Assembly (NCBI GenBank): GCA_024233595.1 | Contig: JACKPK010000001.1 | Span: 60,747-124,746 of the forward strand | From: Deltaproteobacteria bacterium | GTDB taxonomy: Bacteria; UBA10199; JADGCS01 | Direction of reading: 5' to 3' | Length of the DNA: 64,000 nucleotides | Shown here: positions 60,879-64,000 of the stretch, one piece after another | Layout: each line of letters starts with the position of its first letter | How positions within the stretch are numbered: the stretch's first letter is position 1 | The notes under the pieces: model-generated | Database searches by the model: none | The model's input: the letters and a program-made list of their open reading frames with translations, nothing else | What the model was told of the DNA's origin: nothing | Program-made: the position numbers and the translations under genes

Positions 60879-62507
60879 TCAAAATCCTGATGGCACTATA
60901 AAAGCGTTGCTTGGTAAAGATGCGCCTGTGTTGCGTTTGATCACATCAGACAGTGTTGAATCATTTACTATCGCCAGCGCATCAGGGTTATCCGCAAAAA
61001 AAGCATCGTTCTGATACCAAAAGCGATCTGCGCTACGAAGCAAGCTAAACTGATGGGCTAAAATTGCTGCAAAGCTTGGTCCAACAACAGCCCCGGAGCG
61101 AGGACGTTCTGCCAATCCCCCTACCCACAAATCAATATCCATGACATCATCATAAGCGCTTAAAACCTGACGTGCGCGTGGATCAACTGACACCTGATCA
61201 ACAGAATCATAAACAGACAAACCATAAGCTTCCCGCACAGCATTCAAACTGGCTAAGCCATGATCGCGTCCCCGTTGCACATTAAAAGCAAAAAGATCCA
61301 AGCCTGTAAAAGGACCATGTTGAAACAACTGATTTGATAAAGCATCAACCACATGCAGGTTCAAAGCGCGCGCTTCACGACCATTGGCTCCGCGAAAATA
61401 TTCGTCTAGACCATGTTTAACGGCAATGTCTGGTCTAAAAAAGGCATCTTTTAAAGGAATAAGTTTAACATATTCAGAAACACTCAATAAATAAACATCA
61501 TCATGCACCATGGGGTGCCCCAAACGAAAAGCCGCCGTGCTGAACTCAGTATAAATGCCTGGCTGATTATACCTGTCATACCCCTTATAAGGACCAAGGC
61601 CATCACCACCCAATAACAAGGGAAGATACTCAGCGTAGGTGATTTTTTGAATGAGGGCTTCTACAATTTTACGAGCACAATGGTAGATCTCGTCTCCACT
61701 AAGTTGAGGATTGCTATCGCTGATCTGGTCACACAAGCGATTGTGCTCACGCACCCACAGACTGTGCATGGCGGTTAAGGCAATGTTTTCGTTCGCACGC
61801 ACATCACCAGCAATAAAAGAAGCTTCCATGTCTCTAACGCCAGGGCCTTCTACGTTAAAGAGCCAATTTGTATTATAGGGCAACCAGTCGCCATCGTTTT
61901 GTTTAGAAACCCTAAGCTTTCCTGAATTGCCACTTGCCCTTAAATCACGCGCTCGTTCGGGCGTAGAGCCATAAACGGCAGTGCCATCCAAAAAAGAAGA
62001 TAATTTATTAGTTTGCTCCCTAGGTTTGCCCTCTTTGCCTTCATTCACGTATTGAGATCGACGCAAAGCCAAAGGTCTTAAATTGTCGTCGCGACCAAAA
62101 TGAGGGTCTCCGTTTGGAATGGGGATTTGCATGAGCTCGGTATCATCACCACTCTGCTCTGGAGTGTGCACAAGGCAATGAGCAATAAACTGCCCCCACA
62201 AAGTGAATAGATCAGAAACCTGAGCAAAGTCTCTGCTATCTTTAAAGGCTGTTTGCGCAGCCAAACTCAAAGCACGTGCGCTAGGTCGATTTGCCCCAGC
62301 AGGAGCAGAAACACCATCGCTATAAGCTGCCGCAGCACGTCTTAATAAAGGTTGTTTTGCAGCGCCCCAAGGTAAAAACGATAAATTATTGCGTTGTCCG
62401 GAAAAGGAGCGAACGGCATCGCCAAATCGAAGGTTTTCAATCGTTAAAACAGGATTAAAAGGAACACTGGCAGGCTGAATTCTCATGATGTCGTCCTTTG
62501 TGACCAA
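60879..62507 (-). CDS. Animal-haem-peroxidase family paralogue with altered distal motif
   Basis: 'FSGQRNNLSFLPWGAAKQPLLRR', distal 'WGQFIAHCL' (Asp replaced by Ala, Cys follows the His), and 'RGRDHGL' retained. It lies 8 nt upstream of its paralogue. Confidence 0.8.
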   Translation of the reverse strand: MVTKDDIMRIQPASVPFNPVLTIENLRFGDAVRSFSGQRNNLSFLPWGAAKQPLLRRAAAAYSDGVSAPAGANRPSARALSLAAQTAFKDSRDFAQVSDLFTLWGQFIAHCLVHTPEQSGDDTELMQIPIPNGDPHFGRDDNLRPLALRRSQYVNEGKEGKPREQTNKLSSFLDGTAVYGSTPERARDLRASGNSGKLRVSKQNDGDWLPYNTNWLFNVEGPGVRDMEASFIAGDVRANENIALTAMHSLWVREHNRLCDQISDSNPQLSGDEIYHCARKIVEALIQKITYAEYLPLLLGGDGLGPYKGYDRYNQPGIYTEFSTAAFRLGHPMVHDDVYLLSVSEYVKLIPLKDAFFRPDIAVKHGLDEYFRGANGREARALNLHVVDALSNQLFQHGPFTGLDLFAFNVQRGRDHGLASLNAVREAYGLSVYDSVDQVSVDPRARQVLSAYDDVMDIDLWVGGLAERPRSGAVVGPSFAAILAHQFSLLRSADRFWYQNDAFFADNPDALAIVNDSTLSDVIKRNTGASLPSNAFIVPSGF

Positions 62508-62615
62508 AAAGCTTGGCAGTTTGTAAAAAAGGGATCTGTATTTGCGTTAGGTGATTTGCGACGTGGCTGTCAATGGGGAGATTTGGAAGACGGAGTAAAT
62601 TCAAAAACAAGTTTT

Positions 62616-62763
62616 GCAAAGAATGCTACCGCCTCAAGTGGCGGTGCCCTTTTTTCTGCTTTGTCGCGACGGAGCGTTAGCGAAGGCGGACCTCTGTTAC
62701 GATGAAGTCGAAAGCTATCGCAAAGAATGCTACCGCCTCAAGTGGCGGTGCCCTTTTTTCTGC
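62616..62763. repeat. Two identical 44-bp direct repeats, each containing a GC hairpin followed by a T-tract
   Basis: 'GCAAAGAATGCTACCGCCTCAAGTGGCGGTGCCCTTTTTTCTGC' occurs at 62616..62659 and 62720..62763. The hairpin is CCGCC-TCAAGT-GGCGG. An additional CTGCAGC-TTTT-GCTGCAG hairpin follows at 62759..62776. Confidence 0.6.
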
Positions 62764-62782
62764 AGCTTTTGCTGCAGAAAAT

Positions 62783-62824
62783 TAAATAAAAAAAACCCGA
62801 TCTCTCTAAAAGAAAGATCGGGTT
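62783..62824 (-). terminator. Rho-independent terminator of the rRNA operon (bidirectional in appearance)
   Basis: Perfect 10-bp inverted repeat AACCCGATCT...AGATCGGGTT, flanked by an A-run on plus (a U-run on minus), lying directly 3' of the 5S rRNA. Confidence 0.6.
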
Positions 62825-62835
62825 CTTAAATAAAA

Positions 62836-62952
62836 CCTGGCAACGTCCTACTTTTCCACTAACTGCGTAGTAGTATCATCGGCCCTAGCAAGCTTAACTT
62901 CCGAGTTCGGTATGGGATCGGGTGTGTCCTTGCCGGCAAAGTCACCAGAAAG
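62836..62952 (-). rRNA. rrf: 5S ribosomal RNA
   Basis: The reverse complement contains 'CCCATACCGAACTCGGAAGTTAAGC' and a 3' end '...GTAGGACGTTGCCAGG', matching the conserved 5S helices. Boundaries are approximate. Confidence 0.75.
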
Positions 62953-63109
62953 CTTAAAAATCTGCAAAATCATTAATAGTTCAACAGTGTGTCTCTGTTT
63001 TGCAACCGCCTTATTTGGCGGGAGCGCTAGTTTTCGTTGAAAACGGCAATACAATTCCGTTTGGGCGTCCCACAAATTCAAAGAACTTATGGGCCAAACC
63101 AAAGTAAGG

Positions 63110-64000
<891 letters not shown>

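Noticed and set aside
62614-62829. 71-aa plus-strand ORF
   Set aside because: It is composed of the duplicated 44-bp hairpin/T-tract elements and terminator hairpins. It has no RBS and is an artefact of the repeat structure.

Overview
This 64 kb window splits into a core-gene region (1 to about 37.2 kb) and an accessory island (about 37.2 to 62.5 kb), followed by the end of an rRNA operon. The core region carries housekeeping genes on both strands: a Kef-type antiporter 3' end, a class V aminotransferase, serA, purA, pyrF, pyrE, hemB, the yggS-proC-yggT-DUF167 cluster, rlmN, uvrD, glmS, tRNA-His, yicC, skp-bamA-lolD-lolCE, lysS, mscL and tatA. GC is around 50% and codon usage is A/T-ending (inferred to be a Bdellovibrio-like gram-negative, but I cannot confirm that). 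Small accessory insertions sit within the core: three hypothetical genes at 8.4-10.1 kb, orphan antitoxin-like genes (VapB-like and HicB-like) flanking uvrD, and a 478-aa secreted hypothetical protein. The accessory island is about 25 kb with every gene on the minus strand. Its centrepiece is a 2393-aa, Sec-signal-bearing fusion of a TcB-like beta-propeller and a TcC/RHS cocoon. The C-terminal cargo is divergent: a glycine-zipper segment followed by a PPPDE/LRAT-like permuted papain-fold domain (motifs 'LDIAHEH' and 'YNLLGPNCQDFS'). Directly downstream is an AT-rich candidate immunity gene. Downstream lie two thrombospondin-type-3 calcium-binding repeat proteins (one with a pectate-lyase-like beta-helix), a 1497-aa all-helical protein with no signal peptide, an unannotated 117-codon open frame lacking ATG, an OMP-like protein, an FG-GAP lipoprotein and an HExxH membrane protein. 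Upstream of the toxin are a secreted protein, a membrane protein, an acidic lipoprotein, two related imperfect 24-26 bp palindromes centred on TTCTAGAA, and a tandem pair of bacterial animal-heme-peroxidase homologues; the first has the distal-histidine motif changed from 'QFLDH' to 'QFIAHC'. The window ends with a pair of identical 44-bp hairpin-containing repeats, an rRNA operon terminator, a 5S rRNA and the 3' part of a 23S rRNA (minus strand). I found no CRISPR array, integrase or transposase.
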